In this document: one piece after another, positions 9,637 to 19,393 of the stretch
Layout: each line of letters opens with the position of its first letter
Position numbering within the stretch: the first letter of the stretch is position 1
Source: Prolixibacteraceae bacterium
GTDB taxonomy: Bacteria > Bacteroidota > Bacteroidia > Bacteroidales > Prolixibacteraceae
Length of the DNA stretch: 64,000 bases
Direction: 5' to 3'
Assembly (NCBI GenBank): GCA_035648135.1
Contig: DASRMB010000052.1
Span: 23,334-87,333 of the forward strand
The notes under the pieces: generated by a model
Told to the model about the DNA's origin: nothing
Seen by the model: only the letters and a program-made list of their open reading frames with translations
Database searches by the model: none
Translations under genes and position numbers: made by a program

Positions 9637-10161
9637 ATGGAAACAAATTCAGTAGTTTTTTTCAATGATCAGGAATATCCCGGGCTGACCGATAAGCCAG
9701 TCATTGCTGCCTGGCAAATAATTAATCCGGAGAATATCGGGAATCTGATCAGGCTGGCCGACAATGTGGGCGCCGAAGATGTTTACATCCTGGGAGAGGA
9801 TTTTCACCACAGAATGTCATCCATAAAAAAGACTGCCGGACACAGCTTCAACAATGTACGGCTTACATTTATTGCTCCTGAAGATTTTTTCAATCAGCTA
9901 AACCCCGGGTTCAAAATTCTGGCCATAGAAACCAGCGAAGATTCAACCAATATTTTTACCGGGAAACTGCCGGATAAAATCGTTTTTATGCTTGGAAATG
10001 AGCGGAACGGACTACCCGAAGAAATACTTCAAAAATGTCATCAAAAAGTTCATATTCCAATGACCGGTAAATGCAAATCGATGAATGTTTCACACGCTCT
10101 GGCAGTGGCAATATTCGAATGGCAGAGGCAAATGCTTTTTACGAAAACCAATTTACTCTGA
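9637..10161 (+). CDS. TrmH/SpoU-family RNA 2'-O-methyltransferase
   Basis: 'FMLGNERNGLPEEILQKCHQKVHIPMTGKCKSMNVSHALAVAIFEW' is the SPOUT class motif II/III region. The ORF track starts at 9604 and METN at 9637 is the more likely start. Confidence 0.7.
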   Translation: METNSVVFFNDQEYPGLTDKPVIAAWQIINPENIGNLIRLADNVGAEDVYILGEDFHHRMSSIKKTAGHSFNNVRLTFIAPEDFFNQLNPGFKILAIETSEDSTNIFTGKLPDKIVFMLGNERNGLPEEILQKCHQKVHIPMTGKCKSMNVSHALAVAIFEWQRQMLFTKTNLL

Positions 10162-10354
10162 AAACCTTTGCCAACCTGAGTGAAATACCGGATTCATTAG
10201 CTATTTCAAGAAGATTAACGGTCAGAAATGTTTTTACAAACAGCTGTATTGCAGTATTTTATTTTAGACCCAAACCGATTTTCACATTTACCGGCTAACA
10301 TAGGCTTGGAAAACTGACTTTTTAATTATTTTTAGCAGACCAAATTAAAAAACC

Positions 10355-11296
10355 ATGATCACCTTAACCCAATTGGAATATATTGTCGCGGTTGATACTT
10401 TCCGACATTTCGGGAGAGCTGCCGAAAATTGTTTCATTACTCAGCCAACCCTGAGCATGCAGATAAAAAAACTGGAGGAAGATTTAGAGGTCATTATTTT
10501 TGACCGAAGTAAACAACCTCTGATCCCAACGGATGTCGGCCGCCGAATTATCGATCAGGCCAGAATTGCACTTCAGGAATCGCAAAAAATCAACAATATC
10601 ATCAAGGAGCATAAAAACCTGATTTCAGGGGAACTCAAAATAGGCATCATTCCAACATTGGCACCGTACCTGTTACCCTTGTTTATTGGCAACTACAAGC
10701 GCAAATACCCCAGCATAAACATCAAAGTCGAAGAACTAACCACACTAAACATTATCGATCGTCTGAACCGCGATTTGCTTGATGTAGGAATCCTGGTCAC
10801 ACCGCTCCATGAAGATCGCATAAACGAAAAACCTTTATTTTACGAAGGGATGTTGCTATACCTGCACGACGATCATGCGTTGGCAAAAAAAGAAAACATC
10901 AAACTCAAAGATATCGCAACTCCTGAGATATGGCTTTTAAGCGACGGGCATTGCTTTCGTGATCAGGTAATCAATCTTTGTTCGTTCAAAGGAGCTGCCA
11001 ACTCGGCTTTACCGTTTCATTTCGAAGCAGGATCGCTCGAAACGGTCATGAACATCATCGATAAAGAGGGCGGAATGACCATTATTCCTGAATTGGCAAC
11101 GCTTGGAATGAGTGAAGCACGCTTTGAACACGTCAGAACCTTCTCCGACACCAACCCGCTGCGGGAAGTTAGTCTTGTTTTTTCCAGGCACTTTGCCAAG
11201 TACAAACTCGTCGAACTGCTTTGGAAAGAAATAGTTGCATCGATGCCAGAGAAGCTGCTGCAAAAGAACCGGGGAACAATTGTTGAATGGCGGTAA
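10355..11296 (+). CDS. oxyR: LysR-family redox regulator OxyR
   Basis: N-terminal LysR HTH. 'LLSDGHCFRDQVINLCSFKGA' has the two redox cysteines with the spacing of E. coli OxyR C199/C208 (H-C-x8-C). Confidence 0.7.
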   Translation: MITLTQLEYIVAVDTFRHFGRAAENCFITQPTLSMQIKKLEEDLEVIIFDRSKQPLIPTDVGRRIIDQARIALQESQKINNIIKEHKNLISGELKIGIIPTLAPYLLPLFIGNYKRKYPSINIKVEELTTLNIIDRLNRDLLDVGILVTPLHEDRINEKPLFYEGMLLYLHDDHALAKKENIKLKDIATPEIWLLSDGHCFRDQVINLCSFKGAANSALPFHFEAGSLETVMNIIDKEGGMTIIPELATLGMSEARFEHVRTFSDTNPLREVSLVFSRHFAKYKLVELLWKEIVASMPEKLLQKNRGTIVEWR

Positions 11297-11413
11297 TTTT
11301 TTCTTCCTTTTTGTTTGTCGTTTCGAAAATCTTAATTTTCTTTGCATCGCTAAAATAAAAAGCAGCAACTAAAAGTAGTTGGAAAATATTTTAGTAAAAT
11401 AACTCTGAAAATG

Positions 11414-11444
11414 TTTGGTGACTAAAAAAAATGATCTATTTTTG
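11414..11444 (+). promoter_or_regulatory. Bacteroidetes-type promoter upstream of tRNA-Glu (TTTG -33 and TATTTTTG -7)
   Basis: TTTG at 11414-11417 and TAnnTTTG at 11437-11444, spaced 19 bp. The tRNA begins 28 bp downstream. Confidence 0.4.
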
Positions 11445-11471
11445 CAGTCCCAAATCAGGGGATAATAAGTT

Positions 11472-11543
11472 GGCCCGTTCGTCTAGGGGTTAGGACGCCA
11501 GGTTTTCATCCTGGTAGCAGGGGTTCGAATCCCCTACGGGCTA
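11472..11543 (+). tRNA. tRNA-Glu (anticodon TTC)
   Basis: Hand-folded cloverleaf. Acceptor stem 7 bp (GGCCCGT/ACGGGCT with one G-U), D-arm GTCT/GGAC, anticodon stem CCAGG/CCTGG with loop TTTTCAT (anticodon TTC), and T-arm AGGGG-TTCGAAT-CCCCT. CCA is not encoded. Confidence 0.85.
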
Positions 11544-11577
11544 CAAATAAATTTTTAACAATTTTAGGAACAAAAAG

Positions 11578-11829
11578 ATGGCACATCATAAATCAGCAAA
11601 GAAGAGAATTAAACAAGACGAGGTGAAAACCGTACAGAATAAATACATCGCAAAAACAATGCGTAACGCTGTAAAGAAATTACGTCTTGAGACTGACAAA
11701 GAAGTCGTTGCCACAACTTTACCAAAAGTTGTTTCAATGATTGACAGACTTGCAAAGAAGAATGTTATTCATGCAAACAAAGCTGCCAACCTGAAATCGG
11801 CACTCGTTTTGCACCTCAACAAAATCTAG
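11578..11829 (+). CDS. rpsT: 30S ribosomal protein S20
   Basis: 'MAHHKSAKKRIKQDE...' matches the S20 N-terminus. 83 aa and basic. Confidence 0.85.
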   Translation: MAHHKSAKKRIKQDEVKTVQNKYIAKTMRNAVKKLRLETDKEVVATTLPKVVSMIDRLAKKNVIHANKAANLKSALVLHLNKI

Positions 11830-11856
11830 AAAAACTAGTTTTTCAAACTATACAGA

Positions 11857-11887
11857 AGCCATCTTATTCGTAAGATGGCTTTTTTTG
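11857..11887 (+). terminator. Rho-independent terminator after rpsT
   Basis: agccatctta / taagatggct 10-bp stem with a 4-nt loop, followed by ttttttt. Confidence 0.7.
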
Positions 11888-11935
11888 CATGGAGTAAACT
11901 CTGGTAACAATCAGAACAAAAAAGAATTCGGGATA

Positions 11936-12017
11936 AAGACGCACGGCGGTGCGTCTCAGCGAATATCACAGGTACAAGGAATCTGAAATGTACGGAGACG
12001 CACAACCGTGCGTCTTT
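11936..12017. repeat. Two copies of the hairpin AGACGCAC-N4-GTGCGTCT about 60 bp apart, between rpsT and sufD
   Basis: gacgcacggcggtgcgtc at 11938-11955 and gacgcacaaccgtgcgtc at 11997-12014. Both have the same 7-bp GC-rich stem but different loops. Confidence 0.5.
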
Positions 12018-12219
12018 ACAGATAAAACCAACGGATAGAGCTATTTTCCCAGTTTGAGTTCATGATGATCAGTGCAAATGCGAAGACCGTCAAAACGCCC
12101 GGCAGATGGTTTTTACAGTTATACCGATGATTCATTTTATTCCCCGCAAGAATAATGTGTGATCGAAAAAAAAAGCCTTACAATTTATTGCAAGGCTTTC
12201 AATTTAATCTTTATATTTC

Positions 12220-13590
12220 CTAGCAATTACACTGATAATTGCAATTGTGGCAACGACTGATTTCACCTTTCAGGCGTTTTTCGATCAGTTCGTCAATCTG
12301 GTCGCGTAACGGCTTAATGGTGATCTTCTGTATCACTTCATGAGCGAATGCATTCATCAGCATCATTCGGGCCTCCTTCTCTCCTATTCCCCGTGCACGG
12401 AGGAAAAACAAAGCTTCTTCGTTAATCTGACCCACCGTTGCGCCATGGCTGCATTTCACATCGTCAGCATCAATAATCAGCTGAGGTTTGGTTTGCATCC
12501 TGGCTTTATCAGATAACAATACATTGTTGTTTCGCTGGAAAGCATTCGTTTGCTGAGCATCGCGAGCCACATGAATACGTCCTGAAAAAGCTCCGGTCGA
12601 TTCATCGTCAAGCACGTTCTTATAGATCTGGTTGCTCAGGCAGTTGGGTGAAGCATGTTCTATAATTGTATGATTATCGACATGCTGCTTTTTATCGGTA
12701 AACGAAATGCCATTTAGATTGGCTTCAGCGTGATCGCCACTAAACGTCACTTTAAGGTTATTGCGGATCAGCCCGCCATGCAGACTGACCATGCCTGTCA
12801 CCAGATTTGATTTACGCTGCAGTTTGTAAAATGAAGAATTAATCGTGGATGATTCGTTGTGATGATTCTGAATCGTATAGGCATCAACCATGGCATCCTC
12901 GCCAACAAAAACTTCAGAAACAGTATTCAACAGGAATGATGAAGAAGTCAGCGTATGATCGCAAAACAGCACTTTAACCTGACTTCCTGCTTCCGCAATA
13001 ATCAGATTTCGCTGGGTTGCCATCAGATTTTCGTCAGAACTCAGCAAATTGATGACCTGAACCGGCTTTTCGACAACCACTCCTTTCGGCACATAAAGGA
13101 AAAATCCGTCTTTCGCGAAAGCTGTATTCAACGCAACAAAAGGGTCATCCGACAATCCGGCCTGCCGATTTAAAAAATCTTCCAGTATCTCAGGGTGTTC
13201 ATTGGCAATCTGCTCCAGACTTCCGAGGATTACTCCTTCCGGAAGACCTTTACCCGGATTATTGCCGCTATAAAACCAGCCATTCACCAGAAAAACCAAA
13301 TGTGTATCCAGTTCCGGAACATTGCACTTGAAAACCTCATTCAGGCTAATCACTCCGGATTCCCGAACCAGTTCCTGACGGTAAGTTTTGTCGAAGGCTG
13401 GCTTGAGATTGGTATATTTATACTCTTCGTTCTTAAAATCCGGAATTCCGGCTTTTGAAAAACGTTTGACCGATACCTCGCGCATTCGGTTAAGTAAGGG
13501 CGAAGAACCCTGATTCAGTATTTCCCTGTTTTGTTCAAACAACGAAACCAACTGATCGGTCTGCGATATTTTTTCATGAATAATGCTCAT
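12220..13590 (-). CDS. sufD: Fe-S cluster assembly protein SufD
   Basis: 456 aa with the SufB/SufD-family beta-helix region. Positioned directly downstream of sufC (3-bp gap). Confidence 0.75.
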   Translation of the reverse strand: MSIIHEKISQTDQLVSLFEQNREILNQGSSPLLNRMREVSVKRFSKAGIPDFKNEEYKYTNLKPAFDKTYRQELVRESGVISLNEVFKCNVPELDTHLVFLVNGWFYSGNNPGKGLPEGVILGSLEQIANEHPEILEDFLNRQAGLSDDPFVALNTAFAKDGFFLYVPKGVVVEKPVQVINLLSSDENLMATQRNLIIAEAGSQVKVLFCDHTLTSSSFLLNTVSEVFVGEDAMVDAYTIQNHHNESSTINSSFYKLQRKSNLVTGMVSLHGGLIRNNLKVTFSGDHAEANLNGISFTDKKQHVDNHTIIEHASPNCLSNQIYKNVLDDESTGAFSGRIHVARDAQQTNAFQRNNNVLLSDKARMQTKPQLIIDADDVKCSHGATVGQINEEALFFLRARGIGEKEARMMLMNAFAHEVIQKITIKPLRDQIDELIEKRLKGEISRCHNCNYQCNC

Positions 13591-13592
13591 AA

Positions 13593-14345
13593 TTATTTAT
13601 CATTCCCATTTTTAATCCAGTCATAGCCCTTTTCTTCCAACTCCAGGGCAAGTTCTTTGCCTCCTGATTTCACAATCCGCCCATCGTACAATACATGCAC
13701 AAAATCCGGAACAATGTAATCGAGCAAACGCTGGTAGTGTGTCACCAGTATGGTTGCATTTTCCGGAGTTTTTAAGGCATTCACCCCTTCAGCCACAATG
13801 CGGAGCGCATCAATGTCCAATCCGGAGTCGGTTTCGTCCAAAATAGCAAGTTTGGGTTCCAGCATAGCCATCTGGAATATTTCATTTTTCTTTTTTTCAC
13901 CTCCCGAAAACCCTTCATTCACCGCACGGTTGGTCAGTTCAGTATCGAGGTGAAGCATATCCTTTTTCGCCCGCATCAGTTTCAGAAATTCTCCGGCAGT
14001 TAACGGATCCAAACCTTTGAACTTACGGTGCTCGTTAACCGACGCTTTCAGGAAACTAACCATTGGCACTCCGGGTATTTCAACAGGATACTGAAAACTC
14101 AAAAATAATCCGCTGCGCGAACGAACTTCAGGAGAAAGTTCGAACAGATCCTCCCCGTTAAAAGTGACTTCACCTTCAAGTATTTCATATTCTGATTTAC
14201 CCGCCAAAACATTGGCCAGTGTACTTTTTCCGGAGCCATTTGGTCCCATAATGGCATGTACTTCGCCGGCTTTCACTACCAGATTGATGCCTTTCAGTAT
14301 CTCTTTGCCTTCGATGGAGGCATGTAGGTTTTTTATTGATAACAT
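13593..14345 (-). CDS. sufC: Fe-S cluster assembly ATPase SufC
   Basis: Walker A 'GPNGSGKST'. ABC signature and D-loop are present. 250 aa. Confidence 0.85.
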   Translation of the reverse strand: MLSIKNLHASIEGKEILKGINLVVKAGEVHAIMGPNGSGKSTLANVLAGKSEYEILEGEVTFNGEDLFELSPEVRSRSGLFLSFQYPVEIPGVPMVSFLKASVNEHRKFKGLDPLTAGEFLKLMRAKKDMLHLDTELTNRAVNEGFSGGEKKKNEIFQMAMLEPKLAILDETDSGLDIDALRIVAEGVNALKTPENATILVTHYQRLLDYIVPDFVHVLYDGRIVKSGGKELALELEEKGYDWIKNGNDK

Positions 14346-14360
14346 ATAATAAATTTTGGC

Positions 14361-14462
14361 CCCCTCTAACTCCCCCTATGGGGGAGAATGGGCGGTATCT
14401 TTGTGAATTAGTTATTTACTTCATTCTTCCATAAGCCTCCCCTTTGGGGAGGTTGGATGGGC
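14361..14462. repeat. Two GC-rich palindromic hairpins inside the sufB-sufC intercistronic gap
   Basis: CCCCCTATGGGGG at about 14372-14385 and CCTCCCCTTTGGGGAGG at about 14446-14462. The flank 'cccctctaac' resembles the core of the 40.6 kb repeat. Confidence 0.45.
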
Positions 14463-15908
14463 CTACCCCACGCTTCCTTCCAGGCTGATTGACAGCAGCT
14501 TCTGTGCTTCAACAGCAAATTCCATTGGAAGTTTATTCAACACTTCCCGCGCATAACCATTAACAATCATTCCAATGGCATCTTCAGTAGAAATACCGCG
14601 CTGATTGCAGTAAAATATCTGATCTTCTCCAATTTTCGAAGTAGTGGCTTCGTGTTCAACAATTGATGATTTATTTCCAACTTCGATATACGGAAAGGTA
14701 TGTGCGCCGCAGGTTGAACCCAGCAAAAGGGAGTCGCACTGCGAATAGTTGCGGGCATTGATTGCGCCGGGCATCACTTTTACCAGCCCTCTGTATGAGT
14801 TATCGCTTTTACCGGCCGAAATACCCTTGGATACGATGGTGCTTTTCGTGTTTTTACCGATGTGTATCATTTTTGTTCCGGTGTCAGCCTGCTGATGATT
14901 ATTGGTCAGCGCAACAGAGTTAAATTCGCCAACCGAATTATCGCCAAGCAAAATACAACTGGGGTATTTCCAGGTAATTGCCGAACCGGTTTCGACTTGT
15001 GTCCAGCTTATTTTGGACGATTCGCCACGACAAATACCACGCTTGGTCACGAAATTGTAAATGCCGCCCCGTCCGTTTTTATCGCCCGGATACCAATTCT
15101 GAACCGTTGAATATTTCACCTCTGCACGATCCATCGCAATAATTTCTACGATTGCTGCATGCAACTGGTTTTCGTCGCGCTTCGGAGCAGTACAACCTTC
15201 CAGATAACTCACGTAACTATCATCTTCGGCAATAATCAGGGTGCGTTCAAACTGGCCGGTGCCGGCAGTATTTATCCTGAAATAGGTTGAAAGTTCCATC
15301 GGACAGCGCACGCCTTTAGGGATGTAGCAAAATGATCCATCCGAAAATACAGCGGAATTCAGTGCCGCAAAGAAGTTGTCGGTCGGAGGTACAGAAGTTC
15401 CCAGGTATTTCCGGACCAGCTCCGGATGTTCAACCAAAGCTTCGCTGAACGAACAGAAAATAATTCCTTTTTCAGCCAACACCTTTTTAAAGGTTGTGGT
15501 TACTGAAACACTATCCATCACCACATCAACAGCAACTCCGGCAAGCAGTTTCTGCTCTTCAATCGGAATCCCAAGCTTTTTAAATGTTTCAATCAGCTCC
15601 GGATCCACTTCGTCCAGACTTTCATATTTGGGTTTGGTTCTCGGAGCCGCATAATAAATGGTCTCCTGGAAATCGATGGGTGGTATTTTTAGATGAGCCC
15701 ATTCCGGAGCTTTCATTTTCAACCAACCACGGTATGCTTTCAACCTGAAATCAAGCATAAATTCAGGCTCGTTTTTCTTGAACGAAATCAGCCTGATAAC
15801 GTCTTCATTCAGGCCTTTCGGTATAACATCGGTATCGATATCGGTTACAAAACCATATTCGTATTCCTTGGTTGTTATGTCGTTTAATAATTTATCTTGA
15901 TTTTCCAT
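14463..15908 (-). CDS. sufB: Fe-S cluster assembly protein SufB
   Basis: 481 aa, SufB-type (longer than SufD). First gene of a minus-strand sufB-sufC-sufD run. Confidence 0.8.
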   Translation of the reverse strand: MENQDKLLNDITTKEYEYGFVTDIDTDVIPKGLNEDVIRLISFKKNEPEFMLDFRLKAYRGWLKMKAPEWAHLKIPPIDFQETIYYAAPRTKPKYESLDEVDPELIETFKKLGIPIEEQKLLAGVAVDVVMDSVSVTTTFKKVLAEKGIIFCSFSEALVEHPELVRKYLGTSVPPTDNFFAALNSAVFSDGSFCYIPKGVRCPMELSTYFRINTAGTGQFERTLIIAEDDSYVSYLEGCTAPKRDENQLHAAIVEIIAMDRAEVKYSTVQNWYPGDKNGRGGIYNFVTKRGICRGESSKISWTQVETGSAITWKYPSCILLGDNSVGEFNSVALTNNHQQADTGTKMIHIGKNTKSTIVSKGISAGKSDNSYRGLVKVMPGAINARNYSQCDSLLLGSTCGAHTFPYIEVGNKSSIVEHEATTSKIGEDQIFYCNQRGISTEDAIGMIVNGYAREVLNKLPMEFAVEAQKLLSISLEGSVG

Positions 15909-16055
15909 ATCGCTCGCTTTCCTTTCTCTTCTGATTACAACACTTTTAACAAACTTGCACCCTGACTGTTTAAAATTAATTGCAAAGATAAGATAGTAAA
16001 GCTATTTTTGTCCAAAGTTTGGAGGTAATAAATACCTTCAAGTCTTAATTTTAAC

Positions 16056-17114
16056 ATGAAAGAAACAATGAAACAAACACCACTTGCAGAACTTGGAGAG
16101 TTTGGGCTGATTAATCACCTGACTAAAAACATACAAATTAAAAATGACAGCACACTGACAGGTGTTGGCGACGATGCCGCGGTTTTAAGTTATCCCGATA
16201 AAAAAATTGTAGTAACCACCGACCTTTTAACCGAAGGAATCCACTTTAACCTGATGTATGTCCCGTTAAAACATTTGGGCTACAAAGCAGTGATAGTTAA
16301 CCTTTCGGATGTTTATGCCATGAATGCGACACCTCGTCAAATCACAGTTTCGATTGCTATTTCTTCCAAATTTTCGCTCGAAGCCATTGACGAATTGTAT
16401 TCAGGAATTCATATGGCCTGTGAAAAATACGGTGTTGATCTGGTTGGCGGCGACACGACCAGTTCACTTACCGGACTAACCATTAGTGTAACGGCCATTG
16501 GTGAAGCCAATGAAGAAGAACTGGTTTATCGAAGTGGTGCAAAGATAAGCGATTTGGTTTGTGTCTCGGGCGATTTGGGCGGTGCCTACATGGGACTTCA
16601 ATTGCTGGAACGCGAAAACGAGGTTTTCAAAGTCAATTCTCATCTGAAACCACAATTCGAAGGATACGACTACATTCTGGAACGCCAGTTGAAACCTGAA
16701 GCACGAAGCGATTTTAAAGAATTATTCAAAACGCTGGGCATCCAACCCACTTCGATGATCGACATTTCAGACGGACTTTCGTCGGAAGTGCTGCATTTGT
16801 GCAAAGCATCGAAGGTTGGCTGCAACATTTATGAAGAAAAAATACCACTTGACCGGCAAACCAAAGATTTTGCTGAAGAACTGAGCATCAACCCACTGGT
16901 AGCTGCGCTCAACGGCGGAGAGGATTATGAGTTGCTGTTTACCGTTCCGCTGGCCAGTTTTGACGTGATTAAAAAAGAATTCGACATTACAGTTATCGGT
17001 CACATCACTGCCGAAAGTGAAGGTGCCAACCTCATCACTTCCGGAGGATCTGTCATCCCATTGCAGGCTCAGGGATGGAATCCGCTAATGGACAAAAAGG
17101 ATTCAGACAGTTGA
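16056..17114 (+). CDS. thiL: Thiamine-monophosphate kinase (AIR-synthase-related fold)
   Basis: 'GEFGLI...GDDAAVL' N-terminal motif and an AIRS/PurM-like domain. About 350 aa. Confidence 0.65.
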   Translation: MKETMKQTPLAELGEFGLINHLTKNIQIKNDSTLTGVGDDAAVLSYPDKKIVVTTDLLTEGIHFNLMYVPLKHLGYKAVIVNLSDVYAMNATPRQITVSIAISSKFSLEAIDELYSGIHMACEKYGVDLVGGDTTSSLTGLTISVTAIGEANEEELVYRSGAKISDLVCVSGDLGGAYMGLQLLERENEVFKVNSHLKPQFEGYDYILERQLKPEARSDFKELFKTLGIQPTSMIDISDGLSSEVLHLCKASKVGCNIYEEKIPLDRQTKDFAEELSINPLVAALNGGEDYELLFTVPLASFDVIKKEFDITVIGHITAESEGANLITSGGSVIPLQAQGWNPLMDKKDSDS

Positions 17115-17142
17115 TCGTCACAAACAAGACTTCCATTCCTTA

Positions 17143-17180
17143 AAACAAAACGGAGATTTTTAATCTCCGTTTTGTTTTAA
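17143..17180 (+). terminator. Rho-independent terminator after thiL (symmetric, potentially bidirectional)
   Basis: aaaacaaaacggagatt / aatctccgttttgtttt long perfect stem with T-runs on both sides. Confidence 0.65.
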
Positions 17181-17356
17181 ATACCATTCGAAATAGCGAT
17201 ACCGCAAGATGTGGTCTCGCTATTTTTTGTCCGGAGAAAGCCCAGGTCTCCTGCTTGTTTTAAATCCTTCCGGGACCAGCACTGCCCTGGATAATTTCCC
17301 GGAATTCATCATGTAACCTTTTTTGATTTTCAGGATTCTTATGTCTCGTATTTTTT

Positions 17357-19171
17357 TTGATTTCAGTAAAAACTATTACATTTATTAGCCCTATATTTAA
17401 TCAAAATCAATCCGGCAACAAAACATTTAATTCCCAAATTATGTTTGACGTATTTTTTAATTTCTGGATCTGGCATTGCATCACACTATTTTTTCTAACT
17501 TTTGTTCAAGAGGATGCAGCAATTGTTGCCGCTTCATTTTCGACTGTAGAATACGGATTACCAGTCAGTCTGGCATTTATTAGTGTGTATTTGGGAATAA
17601 TTACCGGTGATCTTTTTATTTATGGACTGGGCAGGGTTGCTCAGCGAAGTAATTGGCTCCGGTCAAAAGTGATAGGGCCAAAAGTTGACCAGGTAAAAGG
17701 CTGGCTTGAAAATAATTTCTTTTGGGCCGTGGTCGTCTGCCGGGTTACACCAACCTTACTTTTTCCAACTTATATTGCCATTGGCTGGTTTAAAATGCCT
17801 GTCAAACGATTTATTCTCATCACAGTTATCACTTCGGCCATTTATACACCAATTGTTTTTGTGCTTGTTACGCTGCTTGGGGATCTGGTTTTGTACAAAT
17901 TAGGGTATTGGGCCTGGGGAATTATTCTTCTGGTAGTCATTCTGTTTCCTCTCCGAAAAGCAATATTTTCATTTTCAAACAACAAAAACGGTGAGAATAC
18001 TTCAGTTTTATCGTTGCCATTTTTGAATGGAGCACCGAATCAGGAGAATATTCAGAAAAAACAGCATAAAGGAATGCCTTCACTGAAAGGCTTGAAACGA
18101 ATTATTTCGTTGGCAGAGCGGGTTCCAAACGGCTTATTTTATATCCCGGTCGGATTACGATGGATTCTTCTTTCCATTCGCTATGGAAACTTTACCTTGC
18201 CCACCATTGCAAATCCACTTATTGAAACCGGAGGGTTCTGGGGCGAATCGAAAAGTGCCACACTTGGAGATATTGGGAAAGACCAGCAAAAATGGATGGC
18301 GAACTATTTCCCTTATATACGCACTAACCGGCTTGCAACAGTTGACCTTCAGGAAGTATTGTTTAAGATGGAAGAGGCAGGTCTCGACTTTCCGATTGTG
18401 GCCAAACCGGATATTGGCTGGCAGGGTTTTGGGGTTCGTAAGGTGGATGATGAAGACGCTTTACTCGATTACCTCGTGGCTTATCCGAAAAATGTACAAA
18501 TGCTGATTCAGGAACTGATTCCACACGACGGCGAAGCAGGCGTTTTTTATGCACGAATGCCCAACGAACCACACGGCAAAGTCTTTTCGCTCACCCTGCG
18601 CTATTTCCCGTATGTAATCGGAGATGGTGCTTCCACGCTGCGCCATCTGATACAAAACAATCCCAGAACCGAATTTAAATCGGAATATTTTTTAGGAAAG
18701 AATCCGGATCATTTGGGACTAAGTGCAGAAAGGCTGGAAATGGTGCCATCAGAAGATGAAATGGTACGACTGGCATTTATAGGAAGCATCCGGATTGGTG
18801 GAATTTACCGCGACGCCAGGCACCTCATAACTCCGGAATTATCTGAACGATTTGATGAAATAGCACGCAGCATTCCTGAATTTTATTACGGGCGCTTCGA
18901 CGTCAGATTCAAATCAACCGAATTACTGAAGGCTGCCGAAGATTTTTCAATTATTGAAATTAACGGAGCAGGATCAAAACCTATCCATGCCTGGGATCCG
19001 GATGTGTCATTTTTCAATTTATACCGCGAACTATTTAAAACTCAAAGTCTCATGTTCCGGATTGCTGCAGAGAATAGGAAACGTGGATTTAAGCCTGATG
19101 GGTTAATTCCATTTCTGAAAGCAGCCAAAAAGCAAAACAAACTGATTAAAAGCTATCCTGCTGCCGGCTAA
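17357..19171 (+). CDS. Membrane protein with an N-terminal DedA/VTT-like multi-pass domain fused to a C-terminal ATP-grasp domain
   Basis: Residues about 30-215 are hydrophobic helices with a DedA-like 'GxxxG...RVTP' segment. The C-terminal half has 'FPIVAKPDIGWQGFGVRKV' and downstream ATP-grasp ligase-like blocks. The start may be M at about 17441. Confidence 0.55.
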   Translation: MISVKTITFISPIFNQNQSGNKTFNSQIMFDVFFNFWIWHCITLFFLTFVQEDAAIVAASFSTVEYGLPVSLAFISVYLGIITGDLFIYGLGRVAQRSNWLRSKVIGPKVDQVKGWLENNFFWAVVVCRVTPTLLFPTYIAIGWFKMPVKRFILITVITSAIYTPIVFVLVTLLGDLVLYKLGYWAWGIILLVVILFPLRKAIFSFSNNKNGENTSVLSLPFLNGAPNQENIQKKQHKGMPSLKGLKRIISLAERVPNGLFYIPVGLRWILLSIRYGNFTLPTIANPLIETGGFWGESKSATLGDIGKDQQKWMANYFPYIRTNRLATVDLQEVLFKMEEAGLDFPIVAKPDIGWQGFGVRKVDDEDALLDYLVAYPKNVQMLIQELIPHDGEAGVFYARMPNEPHGKVFSLTLRYFPYVIGDGASTLRHLIQNNPRTEFKSEYFLGKNPDHLGLSAERLEMVPSEDEMVRLAFIGSIRIGGIYRDARHLITPELSERFDEIARSIPEFYYGRFDVRFKSTELLKAAEDFSIIEINGAGSKPIHAWDPDVSFFNLYRELFKTQSLMFRIAAENRKRGFKPDGLIPFLKAAKKQNKLIKSYPAAG

Positions 19172-19327
19172 CTCAAATCCGATCAAAATTGAACCTGGAG
19201 CAATTGCTGACAGAAGCACCATACATCAATCCTAAAAGCAAAGTCGGTTCAGTTCTCCGAATGATCTAATTACAATAGCTCCCGCATAATTGTTCCGGAA
19301 ACAGGAAAGACAATTTTTTCGTTTTAC

Positions 19328-19350
19328 GGAAAGTAGTCTTTCTTTTTTTA
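19328..19350 (+). terminator. Weak rho-independent terminator
   Basis: ggaaag-tagt-ctttc followed by an 8-T run. Confidence 0.35.
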
Positions 19351-19393
19351 TTGCTAATTTCGATCTGAATTTCAATTACCAAACCTAATCCCC

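Noticed and set aside
10071-10298. 75-aa ORF overlapping the TrmH gene's 3' end
   Set aside because: It overlaps a supported CDS out of frame and has no motif.
11009-11368. 119-aa minus-strand ORF over the oxyR 3' end
   Set aside because: It is antisense to a supported CDS, basic, low-complexity, and a shadow.
14346-14462. Possible CRISPR-like array because of repeated GC palindromes
   Set aside because: There are only two non-identical hairpins, no regular spacers and no cas genes.
12955-15887. Multiple small ORFs on the plus strand inside sufD, sufC and sufB
   Set aside because: They are shadows within the suf operon.
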